Shown: in pieces, positions 62,365 through 64,000 of the stretch
Numbering within the stretch: the first letter of the stretch is position 1
Layout of the letters: each line of letters begins with the position of its first letter
DNA from: the human T2T-CHM13v2.0 reference genome, Homo sapiens
Assembly: GCF_009914755.1 (NCBI RefSeq)
Contig: NC_060930.1
Length of the DNA stretch: 64,000 nucleotides
Strand: one strand, 5' to 3'
The notes under the pieces: generated by a model
Seen by the model: the letters and a program-made list of their open reading frames with translations, nothing else
What the model was told of the DNA's origin: nothing
Databases searched by the model: none
Made by a program: the position numbers and the translations under genes

Positions 62365-62639
62365 CTGGGGCTCTAAAGTGCTATTGTAAAAGGAGTAGGA
62401 AAAGAACTTTCCACAGACAACAACAGAAAAGTGAAAGAAACTCTGCATTCAACAAATGTTTATTGAACCTTTGCAAATAGCAGAGAAAAACAGAACAGAC
62501 AACCTCAGAGTTTCTCTGAAACTTTAGGTTTATTGTTAAACATTATATGACTCCTGCAGTCCAATCTACCATACGTCCCCCATTTTTTTCCGTTGTTTTT
62601 CTGCTTCAATGTCTTAGAGAAAAATGATTTACCAATACA

Positions 62640-63166
62640 TTGTCAACTTAAGTGTCCACGAATGGATGGATAAAGAAAATGTGGTTTGTGTGTGTGTGCG
62701 TGCATGTATTCCTTTTTATGGCCATTATATATATAAAATGGAATTTTATTAGGCCATAAAAACGAATAAAATAATGTTTTTTGCATCAACATGGATGAAA
62801 CTGGAGATCATTCTCTTAAGTGAAATAAACCAGGCACAAAAGACAACTATCACATGCTTTCACTTATATGTGGGAGCTAAAAATTCTGATCACATGGAAG
62901 TAGAGAGTGGAAAGATAGAGAACAGAGACTGGGAAGGGTGAATCAGGGGAGAGGAAGGACAAATAGAAGTTAATTAAAGAGTACAAATTTACAGATAAAT
63001 AAAAGTAAAAATTTCAATGTTTGATAGAGTAGGGTGACTGTAGTTAAACAAAAATGTATTGTACTCAAGTGAACACCCAAAATACCCTGACTAGATCACT
63101 CTAGATTATATACATGTAACAAAATTTCATGTGTATCCCATAAATTTGTACTAATAAAAAATTAAA
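62640..63166 (+). mobile_element. L1MA-type 3' end fragment
   Basis: gataaagaaaatgtgg...aacatggatgaaactggag...taagtgaaataaaccaggcaca...cccataaatttgtac and A-rich end. Confidence 0.85.
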
Positions 63167-64000
63167 GATTACATACCAAGTGACAATGAAAAAAAATCCC
63201 TCTTTCTTTCAAACAGTTAAAAAATGTTTTCCATGGAAGTACATAAGTATATCCTTATGATTTCTAGCAGTTCTAGATTACCAATTGTGTATCTGCATGG
63301 CCAAATTCTCAATCAACTCCAGAAACTATGAGAGATGAAACTTAATTTGAACTTTAAAAAATGGACATATTTGAGTACAAAAGATAGAGAAGGCATTCCA
63401 AATAAGGAAGAAAATCATTCGGAACCTGTGTATCAGATAGGAGAAAGCTAATCAAAAAGATGAAGAAGAATGAATTAAGGTAATATGATGATAAAAATAC
63501 CAGTTAACACATAAACATTAATAGCTGTGTCTTCTTTATAATTATCCAGGATTTCCCTTGATGCCAAGATTATACTTTTGTGCACATACCTATATTTTAT
63601 ATGTAAGCTTCTACTAAAATCGGTATTGAAAAGACATGTTTGTTCTTATATGGATTATACAAGAAATAGAATAGGTGCCGTCTCTACTTTGATGGGCGTA
63701 GCTCAGGTTTCAATGTTATTAAAGGTTAAATGATGATAAAAATATAAGAAATTTGAAATACAGCATTCTTCTCAAAAGCATGATTTTCAAACAAACAAGG
63801 TTTTCATGTTTGTTTATTTTGGAATATTTTCTTGATCTGTAGCATATTATTAAGTAAGACCCCTCTGATTATCAATCATTTTAGATTTGCTTAAGTAGAA
63901 TGGTGATTTTAGTATATTCTTTAAAATCCTAGTGTATATTTATTTTCCCTTAATCAAATTAGAGTACCGTTTATTTTCAGCCCCTTGAATCCCCCCGACA

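Overview
Human, AT-rich and repeat-dense genomic DNA; human origin is supported by an AluYa5 carrying all five Ya5 diagnostic bases. I found no intact protein-coding gene, RNA gene or CRISPR array. The window holds a 5.5-kb young L1PA, a full-length L1PA7-like element nested in an older twin-primed L1, many older L1/L2/MIR/LTR/DNA-transposon remnants, five Alus and a THE1 provirus with a deleted 3' LTR. It also holds two processed pseudogenes: an old vimentin retrocopy (minus strand) and a young CpG-rich PRELID1 retrocopy (plus strand). From memory this pair fits VIM2P/PRELID1P1 at 6q22.32; this is unverified and needs BLAT. I see no evidence for a new multi-gene system. The best lead is a 306-codon antisense ORF across the PRELID1 retrocopy that is open only because two compensating deletions move an antisense stop out of frame. 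Secondary leads are a 32-bp near-perfect hairpin, a possible gene-conversion patch in an L1, a palindromic two-strand splice donor in an L1 5'UTR, and several unusual insertion or rearrangement structures. Repeat subfamily names come from recalled consensus sequences, not from a RepeatMasker run.
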